Shown here: positions 25,601 to 38,514 of the stretch, piece after piece | Layout: every line of letters begins with the position of its first letter | How positions within the stretch are numbered: position 1 is the first letter of the stretch | Assembly: GCA_964016885.1 (NCBI GenBank) | Contig: OZ024744.1 | Span: forward strand, 79,050,001 to 79,114,000 | Direction: 5' to 3' | DNA from: Eledone cirrhosa | Taxonomy: Eukaryota | DNA: 64,000 nt | The notes under the pieces: model-generated | Told to the model about the DNA's origin: nothing | Databases searched by the model: none | What the model saw: the letters and a program-made list of their open reading frames with translations, nothing else | Made by a program: the position numbers and the translations under genes

Positions 25601-27230
25601 TGGGAGATATAGTGTTGGGGAGGGAGTGTGATAGATGAGAGGTAGTGAGAGTATGATGGGAGATATAGTGTTGGGGGAGTGATAGATGAGAGGTAGGGAG
25701 AGTATGATGGGAGATATAGTGTTGGGGGAGTGATAGATGAGAGGTAGGGAGAGTATGATGGAGATATAGTGTTGGGGGAGTGATAGATGAGAGGTAGGGA
25801 GAGTATGATGGGAGATATAGTGTTGGGGGAGGGGAGTGATAGATGAGAGGTAGTGCGAGTATGATGGGAGATATAGTGTTGGGGGAGGGGAGTGATAGAT
25901 GAGAGGTAGTGGGAGTATGATGGGAGATATAGTGTTGGGGGGAGTGATGGATGAGAGGTAGTGAGAGTATGATGGGAGATATAGTGTTGGGGGAGGGGAG
26001 TGATAGATGAGAGGTAGTGAGAGTGTGATGGGAGATATAGTGTTGGGAGGGAGTGATAGATGAGAGGTAGTGAGAGTGTGATGGGAGATATAGTGTTGGG
26101 GAGGGGAGTGATAGATGAGAGGTAGTGAGAGTATGATGGGAGATATAGTGTTGGGGGGGAGTGATAGATGAGAGGTGGGAGAGTATGATGGGAGATAAGT
26201 GTTGTGGGAGGGAGTGATAGATGAGGTAGGGGAGAGTATGATGGGAGATATAGTGTTGTGGAGGGAGGTGATAGATGAGAGGTAGTGAGAGTATGATGGG
26301 AGATATAGTGTTGGGGGAGTGATGATGAGGGTAGGAGAGTATGATGGGAGATATAGTGTTGGGGGAGGGATAGATGAGAGGTAGGGAGAGTATGATGGGA
26401 GATATAGGGTTGGGGGAGGTGAGTTGAGAGGTAGGGAGAGTATGATGGGAGATTAGTGTGGGGGAGTGGATAGATGAGAGGTAGGGAGAGTATGATGGGA
26501 GATATAGTGTTGGGGGAGTGATAGATGAGAGGTAGGTGAGTGTGATGGGAGATATAGGGTGGGAGGGGAGTGATAGATGAGAGGTTGGGTGAGTGTGATG
26601 GGAGATAGTGTGTGGGGGAGGGTCGGAGTGAGAGGAGAGGTAGGGAGAGTGTGATGGAGTTAGTGTGGGGGAGGGGAGTGAGTGAGAGTGTAGGTGAGGT
26701 GAGGGGAGTATAGTGGTGGGGGGGAGAGTGATAGAGGAGAGGTAGGTGAGGTGTGATGGGAGATAGAGTGTGGGGGTGGGGAGTGAGAGGAGAGGTTGTG
26801 AGAGTGGAGGGGAGATAGGGTGGGGGAGGGAAGTGGGTGGGAGGGAGTGGAGGATGGAGATGAGTGTGGGGGGGAGGGGTGGGAGTGTGATGAGGGAGGG
26901 TGAGGATGAGGGGAGTGAGTGGGGGGGGGGGAGGGTGAGTGGTGTGGGTGGGTGAGGAGGTTGGGTGAGTGAGGGTGGGGAGGGTGGGAGTGAGGGTGAG
27001 GAGTGGTGAGGGGAGTGAGTGGGGGGGGGGGTGTGATAGAGGTGTGGGGGGTGGTGAGGGTGTGGTGGGGGGGGGGTGGGTGGGTGTGTGGTGTGGGAGG
27101 GTGTGGTGGAGGGGTGTGTGTGGGGGGGGTGGTGGGTGAGTGGAGAGGGTGGGTGTGGAGGTGGGGTGTGTCACTGGGTGCTCGGGGTCTGCGCGAGGGA
27201 GGACGAGGGGGGGGGGGGGGTGTGAGAGGC
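19660..27230. repeat. Satellite 1: 56/51 bp unit GTGATAGATGAGAGGTAG(T/G)GAGAGTATGATGGGAGATATAGTGTTGGGGGA(GGGGA), more than 100 copies, decaying to G-rich sequence after ~26.4 kb
   Basis: Period 56 read directly (e.g. 20941 vs 20997); the + strand almost lacks C. Confidence 0.97.
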
Positions 27231-27239
27231 TAGGGAGCT

Positions 27240-29804
27240 CGGGGGTGAGAACTGATGTAGCGCTAGTACGAGCTGAGTGATAGAAGAACCTTATCGTGTG
27301 AGCACTGATGTAGAGATAGTAAGAGCTGAGTGATAGAACAGAACAATTCTAGTGTGAGACATGATGTAGAAGATAGTAAGAGATGAGTGATACGAACAAA
27401 TTATAGTGTGAGAAATGACTGTAGAGAAAGTACGCGATGAGTGCACTAGACACAACTTACTAGTGTGAGAAATGATGTAGAGCTAGTAAGAGATGAGTGA
27501 TAGCAACCATATAGTGTGCGACATGATGTAGAGATAGTAAGAGATGAGTGCTAGAAAGAAAATTATAGTGTGAGAACATGATGTAGAGATAGTAAGAGAT
27601 GAGTGCTAGCAAAACATACTAGTGTGAGCAATGATGTAGAGATCGAAAGAGATGCGTGCTCGAAAGACAAATTATAGTGTGAGAATGATGTAGAGAAAGT
27701 AAGGGATGAGTGATAGCCAGAAACTTATAGTGTGAGCCATGATGTAGAGAAGTAAGAGCTGAGTGATAGAAAGCAAACTTATAGTGTGCGAACTGATGTA
27801 GAGAAAGTAAGCGCTGAGTGATAGACACGACACATTATAGTGTGAGAAATGATGTAGAGAAAGTAAGAGATGAGTGACTAGCAAGAATTATAGTGTGAGA
27901 CATGATGTAGCGACTAGTAAGAGATGAGTGATAGAACAAATTATAGTGTGAGAACTGATGTAGAGACAAGTAAGAGATGAGTGATAGAAAAATTATAGTG
28001 TGAGAATGATGTAGAGAAAGTAAGAGCTGAGTGATAGAACAAATTATAGTGTGAGAAATGATGTAGCGAAAGTAAGAGATGAGTGATAGAAACAATTATA
28101 GTGTGAGAAATGATGTAGAGAAAGTAAGCGCTGAGTGATAGAACAACATTATAGTGTGAGAAATGATGTAGAGAAGTCAGCGATGAGTGAAGAAAGCAAT
28201 CTATAGTGTGAGAATGATGTAGAGAAAGTCAGAGATGAGTGATCGAAAGCAATATATCGTGTGAGAAATGATGTAGAGAACGTAAGAGCTGAGTGATAGA
28301 AAAATTATAGTGTGAGAAATGATGTAAGCGATAGTAAGAGATGAGTGATAGACAACGCAAATTATAGTGTGAGAAATGATGTAGAGAAAGTACGAGATGA
28401 GTGATAGAAACAATTATAGTGTGAGAAATGATGTAGAGACACGTCAAGAGATGAGTGATAGAAACGAAAATTCTAGTGTGAGACAATGATGTCGAGATCG
28501 TAAGCTGAGTGATAGAAAGAAACATTATAGTGTGAGAACTGCTGTAGAAGTAAGGCTGAGTGATAGAAAAGAAAATTATAGTGTGAGAAATGATGTAGAG
28601 ATAGTAAGAGATGCGTGATAGAAAGCACACATTATAGTGTGAGAAATGATGTAGAGAATCGTCAGAGATGAGTGATCAGACACGACAATTATAGTGTGCG
28701 AAATGATGTAGAGCTAGTACGAGATGAGTGATAGAAAAACTTATAGTGTGAGACATGATGTACGAGAAAGTAAGAGATGAGTGATAGCAAAAATTATCGT
28801 GTGAGAAATGATGTAGAGCAAGTAAGAGCTGAGTGATAGACAACAATTATAGTGTGCGACAATGATGTCGCGAAAGTACAGAGATGAGTGATAGAAGAAA
28901 ATTATCGTGTGAGAAATGATGTAGAGCTAGTCAGGCTGGTGATAGACAAACTTATAGTGTGAGAACTGACTGTAGAGATAGTAAGAGATGAGTGCTAGAA
29001 CAAATTATAGTGTGAGAATGATGTAGAGAAGAGCTGCGTGATAGAAACAATTATAGTGTGAGAACTGATGTAGAGAAGTAAGAGATGAGTGATAGAAACA
29101 ATTATAGTGTGAGACATGATGTAGAGAAAGTAAGAGATGAGTGCTAGAACAACACTTCTAGTGTGAGAAATGATGTAGCGAAGTCAGAGCTGAGTGACTA
29201 GAAAAACAATTATAGTGTGAGAAACTGATGTAGAGATAGTCAGAGCTGAGTGATAGACAAAGAAAATTACTAGTGTGAGAACAGATGTAGAGATAGTCAG
29301 ATGAGTGACTAGAACAAATTATAGTGTGAGACATGATGTAGAGAACGTAAGAGATGAGTGATCGACAACAATTATAGTGTGACGAAATGATGTCGAGAAA
29401 GTACGAGATGCGTGATAGAAAACACATTCTAGTGTGAGACAATGATGTAGAGATAGTAAGAGATGAGTGATAGAAGAACATTCTAGTGTGCGCAATGATG
29501 TAGAGAACGTACAGAGCTGAGTGATAGACAACCTTATCGTGTGAGCAATGCTGTAGAGCAAGTAAGAGATGAGTGATCGACACATTAATAGTGTGAGACA
29601 CTGATGTAGAGAAAGTCAGAGCTGAGTGATAGAAAAATTATAGTGTGCGAAATGATGTAGAGCATAGTACGCGCTGAGTGACTCAAACAGAAACATTATA
29701 GTGTGAGAATGATGTAGCGACAGTAAGCGATGAGGGTTAGAAAAGAACACATTATAGTGTGAGCAATGATGTAGAGAAAGTAAGAGCTGAGTGATAGAAA
29801 AGAA
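27240..29804. repeat. Satellite 2: ~52 bp unit GATGTAGAGAAAGTAAGAGATGAGTGATAGAAACAATTATAGTGTGAGAAAT
   Basis: Tandem periodicity with many scattered A>C changes and indels; runs into the gap. Confidence 0.92.
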
Positions 29805-30004
29805 NNNNNNNNNNNNNNNNNNNNNNNNNNNNNNNNNNNNNNNNNNNNNNNNNNNNNNNNNNNNNNNNNNNNNNNNNNNNNNNNNNNNNNNNNNNNNNNN
29901 NNNNNNNNNNNNNNNNNNNNNNNNNNNNNNNNNNNNNNNNNNNNNNNNNNNNNNNNNNNNNNNNNNNNNNNNNNNNNNNNNNNNNNNNNNNNNNNNNNNN
30001 NNNN
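29805..30004. other. Assembly gap (200 N)
   Basis: N run; true size unknown. Confidence 1.
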
Positions 30005-30070
30005 TCTTTGCAGTGGAGTGGTGGGGGCAGGTATACCTAGCCGGGCACCAGCTGGACGGGTCAGCTAGTA

Positions 30071-30775
30071 TAGTATATTTATGAAATATATTATCTATGT
30101 ATATAATATAGAGTATATTTATGAAATATATTATCTATGTATATAATATAGAGTATATTTATGAAATATATTATCTATGTATATAATATAGAGTATATTT
30201 ATGAAATATATTATCTATGTATATAATATAGAGTATATTTATGAAATATATTATCTATGTATATAATATAGAGTATATTTACGAAATATATTATCTATGT
30301 ATATAATATAGAGTATATTTATGAAATATATTATCTATGTATATAATATAGAGTATATTTACGAAATATATTATCTATGTATATAATATAGAGTATATTT
30401 ATGAAATATATTATCTATGTATATAATATAGAGTATATTTATGAAATATATTATCTATGTATATAATATAGAGTATATTTATGAAATATATTATCTATGT
30501 ATATAATATAGAGTATATTTATGAAATATATTATCTATGTATATAATATAGAGTATATTTATGAAATATATTATCTATGTATATAATATAGAGTATATTT
30601 ATGAAATATATTATCTATGTATATAATATAGAGTATATTTATGAAATATATTATCTATGTATATAATATAGAGTATATTTATGAAATATATTATCTATGT
30701 ATATAATATAGAGTATATTTATGAAATATATTATCTATGTATATAATATAGAGTATATTTATGAAATATATTATT
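30071..30775. repeat. 40 bp minisatellite ATGAAATATATTATCTATGTATATAATATAGAGTATATTT, ~17 copies; resumes at 34170-34270 with decayed units at ~34730-34830
   Basis: Near-identical tandem units. Confidence 0.97.
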
Positions 30776-30829
30776 TAAAAAATATATTCTTCAGGCATTG
30801 CACGATTGCATTAATTAATAATTATTGAT

Positions 30830-30868
<39 letters not shown>

Positions 30869-30879
30869 GTTATGATCAT

Positions 30880-33800
30880 GCTATAAAATGGAGGGGTAGA
30901 GAGGGCCCATGAGTCCAGTAAGACATCCTGTCTAGTGCTGGTAGCACCCAGTCCATGCTGTAAAGTGGCTCCTGTGTTAGGAAGGGCGTCCAACCAGTAT
31001 ATATACTACTGCCAAAAACTATGAGCACAACAAATGAGAATTGTAACAACTGCACCAACAGCAATAACACTAACCATGCTAGGGCTGCGCACAGTAGTGG
31101 GGTGGCTGGTGCGGCCATGTGCGAGAACACCCAGACCGTCATCAAGCAATCGCACTACAGGAAAAGGAACAAGAATGTTGGCACTCTCACAGATAGATCT
31201 GCTGAAATAGTGGAGATGCTGGAGAGAAGGCATGTGGATGTGTGCTGCGTGCAAGAGGTGAGATGGAGAGGTGCCTCTGCAAGACTAATTGCACGAAAAC
31301 ATCTTAGTTATAAGCTTTTCTGGGTAGGTAAGGATGATGGGTTAGGGGGTGTAAGCATTTTCCTGGCTGAGAGGTGGATCAGTAAGACAATAGAGGTAGT
31401 TTGAGTTAGTAATAGAATAATTAAGCTTAGATTAGTTGTAGGCAGGAGACTACTGACAATCATCTCTGCCTATGCTCCTCAGGCAGGACTAGGCAAAGAT
31501 GAGAAAGACTGCTTTTACGAGCAACTTTTACAAACAGCTGCAATGACAGAGGACGGAGACATCGTTATGCTAGCAGGGGACTTCAATGGTCGTGTTGGAC
31601 AGCTCCAGGATGGTTACACTGGGGTACATGGTGGGCACGGTTACGGCTCAAGAAATGAAGAAGGAGTGAGACTTCTTGAATTTTGTGATGCGAGTGCACT
31701 AACCATTTGCAACTTCCAGAAACCTGCCAACCACCTAATAACCTACAAATCAGGCGGGCACATAAGCCAGATTGACTTCTTGCTAGTTAGGCAGCGGAAC
31801 AGGCAGATGGTGTCAAATACCAAGGCATACCCTGGGGAAGAATGTACCCCACAGCATAGGTCAGTCATTAGTGATATCTCAGTAAGCAAGAGATGGAATG
31901 AGACATATAGGAAGGTGTGGAGAAGAAAGGTCTGGAAGCTAAAAGACCTTTCACTAAAATTCAAATTTAGGAAAGCCCTTCAAGACATGTATGATGAAAA
32001 AGAAGTTGTATGACATAGATGATAACTGGAATTTCTTACGTGACAACTTACTGCAGGCTACTGAAGAAACTTGTGGCTGGAGCAGAGCTCTAACCAGACA
32101 GAGAGTGACCTGGTGGTGGAACAGCACAGTTGATAGGGCCATTAGAGACTAGCATGGAATACTTTGAAAAATGGTGGGAGTAGAGAAGGATATACAGCCG
32201 CTAAGAGAGAAGCTAGATGTCAGGTGTACTTAGCACGCAGGGATGCTGAGAGTAGGAGGTTTGCCAATGTTCCACATTACAAGGCAGTGTGTCAGTGCAA
32301 ATCAGGATGTTGTTGGAGATAAATGTGTCCGGGATGATGCCAGTGTACTTAGTGTCACAAATGATCAGAAAAAGGAGACCTGGAAATGTCATTATGAGAG
32401 ACTGATGAATGTGGAGAACGAATGGGAGAGAGAGAAATTACCCTTAGTAGATCCGTCAGAGGGACCAGTTATTGTGATTGACGAATATAGGGTCCAAGAG
32501 GCGATTAAGGAAATGAAAAATGGTAAGGCTGCTGGACCATCGGGAATAGTTGCTGAGATGCTGAAGGCATCAGGGGACGTAGGCACTAAACTAGTTGCAC
32601 GCATCATTAATCAAGCTATATATGGTGGTGTCATACCCAAAGACTGGTGCAGCAGTATTCTCATAAATTGCTACAAAGGTAAAGGGGATGCTCTGGAGAG
32701 GAGCAATTATAGGGGTATAAAACTGATGGATCTGGTTATGAAAGTGGCAGAAAGGATATTAGCGCACCTAATTAGAGAAAGGGTCAAACTAGATGAGATG
32801 CAGTTTGGTTTTGTACCTGGGAAAAGTACAACAGATGCCCTCTTCTTAGTGAGACAATTGCAAGAGAGGTTCTTAGAGAAGAATAAGCCACTATACTTAG
32901 CCTTTGTTGAACTAGAGAAGGCCTTTGATAGGGTACCCCGATCTGGCATCTGGTGGTCCCTAAGGAAACTAGATGTTGAGGAATGGCTTGTGAGGACAGT
33001 GCAAGCTTTGTACAGAGGTGCTGTCAGTAAAGTGAGGGTAGGAATGGAGTTTAGTGAGGAATTCCAGATACAAGTAGGAGTACATCAAGGTTCGGTCCTC
33101 AGCCCGCTCTTGTTCATTATAGCCCTCCAAGCCATAACAGAGGAGTTTAAGACTTGCTGTCCATGGGAACTTCTCTATGCTGACGATCTGGTTCTTATAG
33201 CAGAATCAGTAGAGGAGCTAGAGAATAAATTCTGGCTATGGAAACAGCAGTTGGAAGCAAGAGGACTGAGAGTGAACCTAGCTAAGACAAAAGTGTTGAT
33301 GAGTAGAAAAGAGGACAAAACTCTGATTCCGTCAGGGAAATGGCCATGTTCGATATGCATAAAAGGAACTGGCATAAATTCTATAAAATGTACATAATGC
33401 AGATCTTAGGTAAACAAGAGATGTAGTGGGATAGCAGGCAAACTAACAGGTAGGGAGAAATACGTATGCAGTAGATGTACAGGGAAATTTGACAGTAGTA
33501 GTCGCATTGATAGACACATTTTTCCAATGCAGGTGGGTGCTATAGAAGTGGTTGATAGCTTCTGGTACCTAGATGATCAGATTAGCATGGCAGTGGGGTG
33601 TTCCGATGCCATAGTATCTAGTATAAGGATGGGTTGGAAGAAGTTTAGAGAGCTGCTTCCTCTGCTGACGAAGAAGAGTTTCTCCCTGCATACGAAAGGC
33701 CGGTTATATGATGCCTGTGTGAGGAGCGCGATGCTGCATGGTAGTGAGACATGGGCAGCAACTGCAGAGGAAATGTGACGGCTGGAGAGAAATGAGGCAA

Positions 33801-34171
33801 GCATGCTCTGTTGGATGTGCAATGTCAATGTGTGTGAACGACCGAGCATGGATGTGTTGAGAGAGAAACTGTGTCTGAGAGGAATAAATTGTTGTGTGTG
33901 GGAGAGGAGACTGCGATTGTATGGACATGTGATGCGCATGGAGGATGACCGATGGGTAAAGAAGTGCCAGGAAGTCCCAGTGGAGGGAAGACGCAGTAGA
34001 AGTAGACCACGAAAAACATGGGTGGAGGTGGTGAAAGCAGACCTCAGATCGCTGAAACTCACCGTGGAGATGACGAAGGACTGTGTCAAGTGGAGAGATG
34101 CTGTGCTGAATAGGACCCGTCCCACCCTTGCAAGCAGGGAAAAGCAGATGTAAAATGATGATGATGATGAT
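30880..34171 (+). mobile_element. Near full-length RTE-clade LINE (AP endonuclease + RT + Cys cluster), inactivated by stops and frameshifts
   Basis: NVGTLT..VCCVQEVRW, AGDFNGRVG, SQIDFLLV, PQHR (APE); GKAAGPSGI, NYRGIKLM, QFGFVPGKST, GVHQGSVLSP, LLYADDLVL (RT); KWPCSIC; LRLYGHV; (TGA)n tail. Confidence 0.95.
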
Positions 34172-34860
34172 TATCTATGTATATAATATATAGTATATTT
34201 ATGAAATATATTAACTATGTATATAATATAGAGTAGATTTATGAAATTTATTATCTATGTATATAACATAAAAAATTCAACAGATATTTCTAGCTGCTTT
34301 ACAGCTTCCCTTGTTATCCATTAAAAAAAAAAATGTTTATGCTTATTATGCCACCCATTGGCCTTCCCTATTTTAAAAAAATTCTTATTTTTGTATTCAC
34401 TTATCCCTGTCAATCTTGTTTTCTGTTTCTCAACTAAAAGTAGTACTAGAAACTTCTAGTCTGTCATGTAGAAACTTCTAGTCTGTCTATCTATATTTAT
34501 TATTTTATTTTCATGGTAAAGGCTTTATCTCACATAATTATCTCATAATATCGAATCTATGAGATTTTGATATTATTTATTTTGAGAACAATACCTTAAC
34601 ATAAATATGAGCAGCTGGTTACAACCAGTTTGAACAAAAAGAGGTGAGGGAATTCTGGCTGGATATGGCTGGTTTAAATGCTAAAGGCTTAAATTAATTA
34701 AATAAATAAATAAATAAATAAATATAAAATATACTATCTATGTATATAACATATAGTATCTTTATGAAATATATTGTCTATGTATATAACATGGTATATT
34801 TATGAAATATATATCAATACATATAAGAATATATAAAATATATTGTTTCCTATGCGTATA

Positions 34861-35549
34861 ATAGGAAGAGGCTATGTAGTCAGTCCCAGTAAAATAGACT
34901 CCCTGGCTATTTAGCCAGTAAGAATGTCAGACACCATGAGTTGCAGCCCAAGTTAAGACGATTGTTAAGACAATTTAAATCTTTTCCACCCTCAATTGTT
35001 AAAAAAAAGAGTTAAAATCATTTAGTCATCATCTTATAATTCTGCTTGTGTTTCGTTCATTTGTAACGTACGTTACACTACTGAATTCCAGGGCTTAAGA
35101 ATTTTAGCAGAGTCAATATTTTCGAAATTAAGAATTTTAGTCGAAGTCACGGCCTGGGTTAAAGATAGTAGTCACTACCTGGGTTCTAAAACACTATTTA
35201 TTATTTAGCTTCTGGATAGGACGGTGGTTTAGCAGTATCGGTAGAGGGTCGGACAACATGCTTTGCAGCATAGAGTTACAGTCCTTTATGATCTGAGTTC
35301 AAATCCCGCCGAGGTTAACTTTGCCTTTCATCCTTACAGGGTTGATAAAATAAAGTACCAGCCACGCACTGGTGTCGATTTAATTGACTGTCCCCTGCCC
35401 CAAAATTGTTGGCCTTGTGCCTATATAAAAAACCATTATTTAGCTTCTGAGACCCCCAGCTTCTGATCCCTTTAGGGATTACTGGTATAATTAGCTTAAA
35501 AAGCATCTTTGTCTATTTTGCCGGGACCGGCTACGTAGCCTATTCCTAT
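34861..35549. mobile_element. Non-autonomous DNA transposon with ~39 bp TIRs, containing a nested SINE A; superfamily unassigned
   Basis: ataggaagaggctatgtagtcagtcccagtaaaatagac vs reverse complement of right end ataggaataggctacgtagccggtcccggcaaaatagac. Confidence 0.75.
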
Positions 35550-35941
35550 ATAATAATGTATAGTGTCTATTTCCATCGTAGTTAGAATTCTCACTATTCA
35601 TAACAGTGTTGTTTCAAGTAAGTGATTAGCAAAGTTATATTATGTAATGTGTAGGATCACTGTGGAGTAACATTGACTGAGACTTAAGGATCACTTTGGA
35701 GTAACGATATTGTGTAATAGTGACTGATCACTGTGTCGGATCACTTTGGAGTGATATTGTTGTGTAATATTGACCGAGACTGAACTGATGGAACTAAATA
35801 TGTTAACCAGTACGACAAAACTTAGCTACAGCAACAGAAGCTAGGAGAATGTGAACCAGATTTTTCTCAATATTGATCATGTTGATGATATTTCAGTAGC
35901 AGAATCTGCCAAGTACTAGAGGAGAATAGTATGAATATGTT

Positions 35942-36003
<62 letters not shown>

Positions 36004-36149
36004 ACAACTACTGATGCTTTTGTGAATTAACTGCAGCTTCGTGCCATCCAAATGTTTAGATCTTCTCACTACTCATTTTAAGATACAATTGCACATGCGA
36101 CAGTGAATAGGGCCTTTTTATAATTGATTCGTTAAAAAAAAAAGATGTT

Positions 36150-36540
36150 TACTAAGTGAGTCTAAATATCTGTTAAGTTGTGCTCTTACGGAGTGAGTCT
36201 AAATATGTATTAAGTTGTGCTCTTATGGAGTAAGTCTAAATAATATGTTAAATGTCTTACTAGGTGTATCTAAATATATGATGTGGTCTTGCTGTTTGTC
36301 TAAATATATGTGAAGTTGTGGTCTTGCTGTCTGTCTAAATATATGATGTGGTCTTGTTGTCTGTCTAAATATATGTTAAATTGTGGTCTTGCTGTCTGTC
36401 TAAATATATGTTAAGTTGTATTCTAAGTGAATGAATCTAAATATCTGTTAAGCTGCAGTCTTACTGAATTAGTTATTTTAAATATATATTAAGTTGTAGT
36501 CTTGCTGAGTATGTCAGGATATATGCTAAGTTGTGATCAA
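36150..36540. repeat. Degenerate ~36 bp minisatellite (gtctaaatatatgttaagttgtggtcttgctg-like)
   Basis: About ten diverged tandem units. Confidence 0.75.
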
Positions 36541-36643
36541 TAGATATTGGCTTATATACTGCATAAACACACCCTGCCACCCTGGATAGTCAAGGGAGAA
36601 GTGAAGTGAAGTGAAATGGTGAACTAGTAGAAACAAAATATCT

Positions 36644-36870
36644 TTAACCTTTTAGCATTTACATTACTCTATATTTACTATTGTATTTTCATGGTATAGG
36701 CTATTTCACATAATTATCTCACATAATATCAAATCTACAAGATTTTGATATTATTTATTTTGAGATCAATACTTTAATGCCAGTATGAGTAGCTGGTTAC
36801 AGCTGGTTTGAACAGAAAGAGGTGAGAGAATTCTGGCCAGATACAGCCTGCTTAAATGCTAAAGGGTTAA
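36644..36870. mobile_element. piggyBac-type MITE family 1 (~225 bp). Copies at ~34490-34692, 41063-41288, 47372-47480, 48042-48262, 58490-58716, 59558-59715, 60380-60606, 63241-63456
   Basis: TTAA|CC(C/T)TTTAGCATTTA ... TAAATGCTAAAGGG|TTAA termini; shared internal gaacagaaagaggtgagagaattctggcc. Confidence 0.85.
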
Positions 36871-37479
36871 AGTGTTATTGTGGCTGTTTAACACCAGGTC
36901 AGTCTTGACTCAGCAGACTTTATGGACCACTCCATCTTTTATTCAAGCATTATGTATCTCACCCTACATTATCTATAGTAGTTAGTATTGCTTGCCTAGT
37001 TATATGTTCTTCAGTCACCCCTGGCTGAGCAGGTCTATGATGAAATACATTGTTACTAGCTGTTACTTTCCTGTCATTTTGTACATCAAGGACTTCCTTT
37101 TTAGGATTCGTAGGGTGTGATTCAAAAGAAATTTGGTTATTTCTAACAGATTGATGAACACTTAGTTTCTCTTGTAGTATTTTACTATGCCAATCTACAA
37201 TCTACAATTCATGTTGACAGTTGACATTGCCTTACATCTTTGGAATTCTCTTTGTATATTTGATTTAGAACAGGTACACTGTATCCCTGTGTAACTAAAA
37301 GAGTTAGTGTCAATAAGGGCATCCAACTATGAAACATTGCCTCAAAAAGTCCCATTTAACCCATGCCAGCATCTAAATGTTGATGTAAAAGTGATGAAAC
37401 GATATGTATCAGAGTTTCTTCAGTTGACCCTTCTTACGTATATTTACTTGTACTGATGTCAGCATTCTCCCATGGTGGG

Positions 37480-38420
37480 TCGAGCAGGCTCAAACCAGTG
37501 CATCCACAGCACTGCCTACAGAGGCCACACATGCACCTCAATCACAAACGCCCAACATAGTCACAATTCCAAAAGTGGACACCATATATGTGAGGACCAA
37601 ATATAAACTCAAGATCTGACTTGATTGTGCCAATACATTTTTTTAACTATCCACCTTTCTGTTTATGTTATTCCATGAGAGGCTCAGGTGCTACTAACTG
37701 CATTACAGAAAGGTTCACCTTGTGGATGGTTAAAAGTACCTTGTGGATGGTTAAAAGCATATTTTCAGTAGATGCTATTGATGGGAATTGACTCAGCAGT
37801 GATAACAAATTTTGGAGTTTGACACAAAATCCAATGCAAAAATATGGAAGATTCAGTAAAGGCAAAAGTTGTCAAAAACTACCAGCTTGTGTAAATCTGT
37901 CTCTGTCATTGGCCATTCTTGTAGCTATAGAGGAAAATGGTGTGAAAAAGTGTTCAATAAATATGTTTTTGTGGCCAGATGGATCTCTGTCCTAGACCAG
38001 AACTGGCTTTGAAGACAGCAGAAGAATGCTGCATGTGTATGACTGAAGTGAATATCTATCTCATCTTTATTTTGGTCTATGGCAGTAAAAGTAACAGTGA
38101 GATGCTTCAATTGATCAATTTCTTAGAAAATGTCAATATTTTCAAGTGATATTCCAATATTCCAGTAGATAGTAACTTCGACTTCATTGTATTGATTTCC
38201 ATCTCAACATGTGACTATACACACATTGAGGTGTTCAATGCCTAATTGAACATTGACATAGTTATTTTAAATTATCACGAAGTTGTCTGCGTAGTCAAGG
38301 TCAATGACACAGAAGTCTTGTCCCACAACAATGCTTGGGAAATCCTTCAGAGCATATTCTGCAATCCATTTGATAAAATATTTGAAAAGTGTTAGATACA
38401 GAACACAACCCTGCCAGACA
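37480..38420 (-). mobile_element. Heavily decayed LINE RT remnant
   Basis: Minus-strand DLDYADNF motif at ~38280-38303; the rest is fragmentary. Confidence 0.5.
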
Positions 38421-38514
38421 CCTGAATGAATTTCAGAGGAGTCAGATTCCTCACTGCATCCTTTTATATTCTATGTTCAAATCCCCTTTTCATCTTTTCA
38501 GAGTAGATAAAATA

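Noticed and set aside
24556-27174. 872 aa minus-strand ORF
   Set aside because: The satellite's minus strand has almost no G and no TAA, so stops are absent by composition.
19660-30775. Regular arrays as CRISPR or telomere repeats
   Set aside because: No unique spacers, no cas genes, eukaryotic context, and the units are not TTAGGG-type.
37187-37273. ATG..CAG|gtacac phase-0 ORF (MPIYNLQF...DLEQ) as HERC2 first exon
   Set aside because: Phase fits, but there is no convincing similarity to the conserved LDxKWLKxD motif, and the donor overlaps SINE-like sequence.
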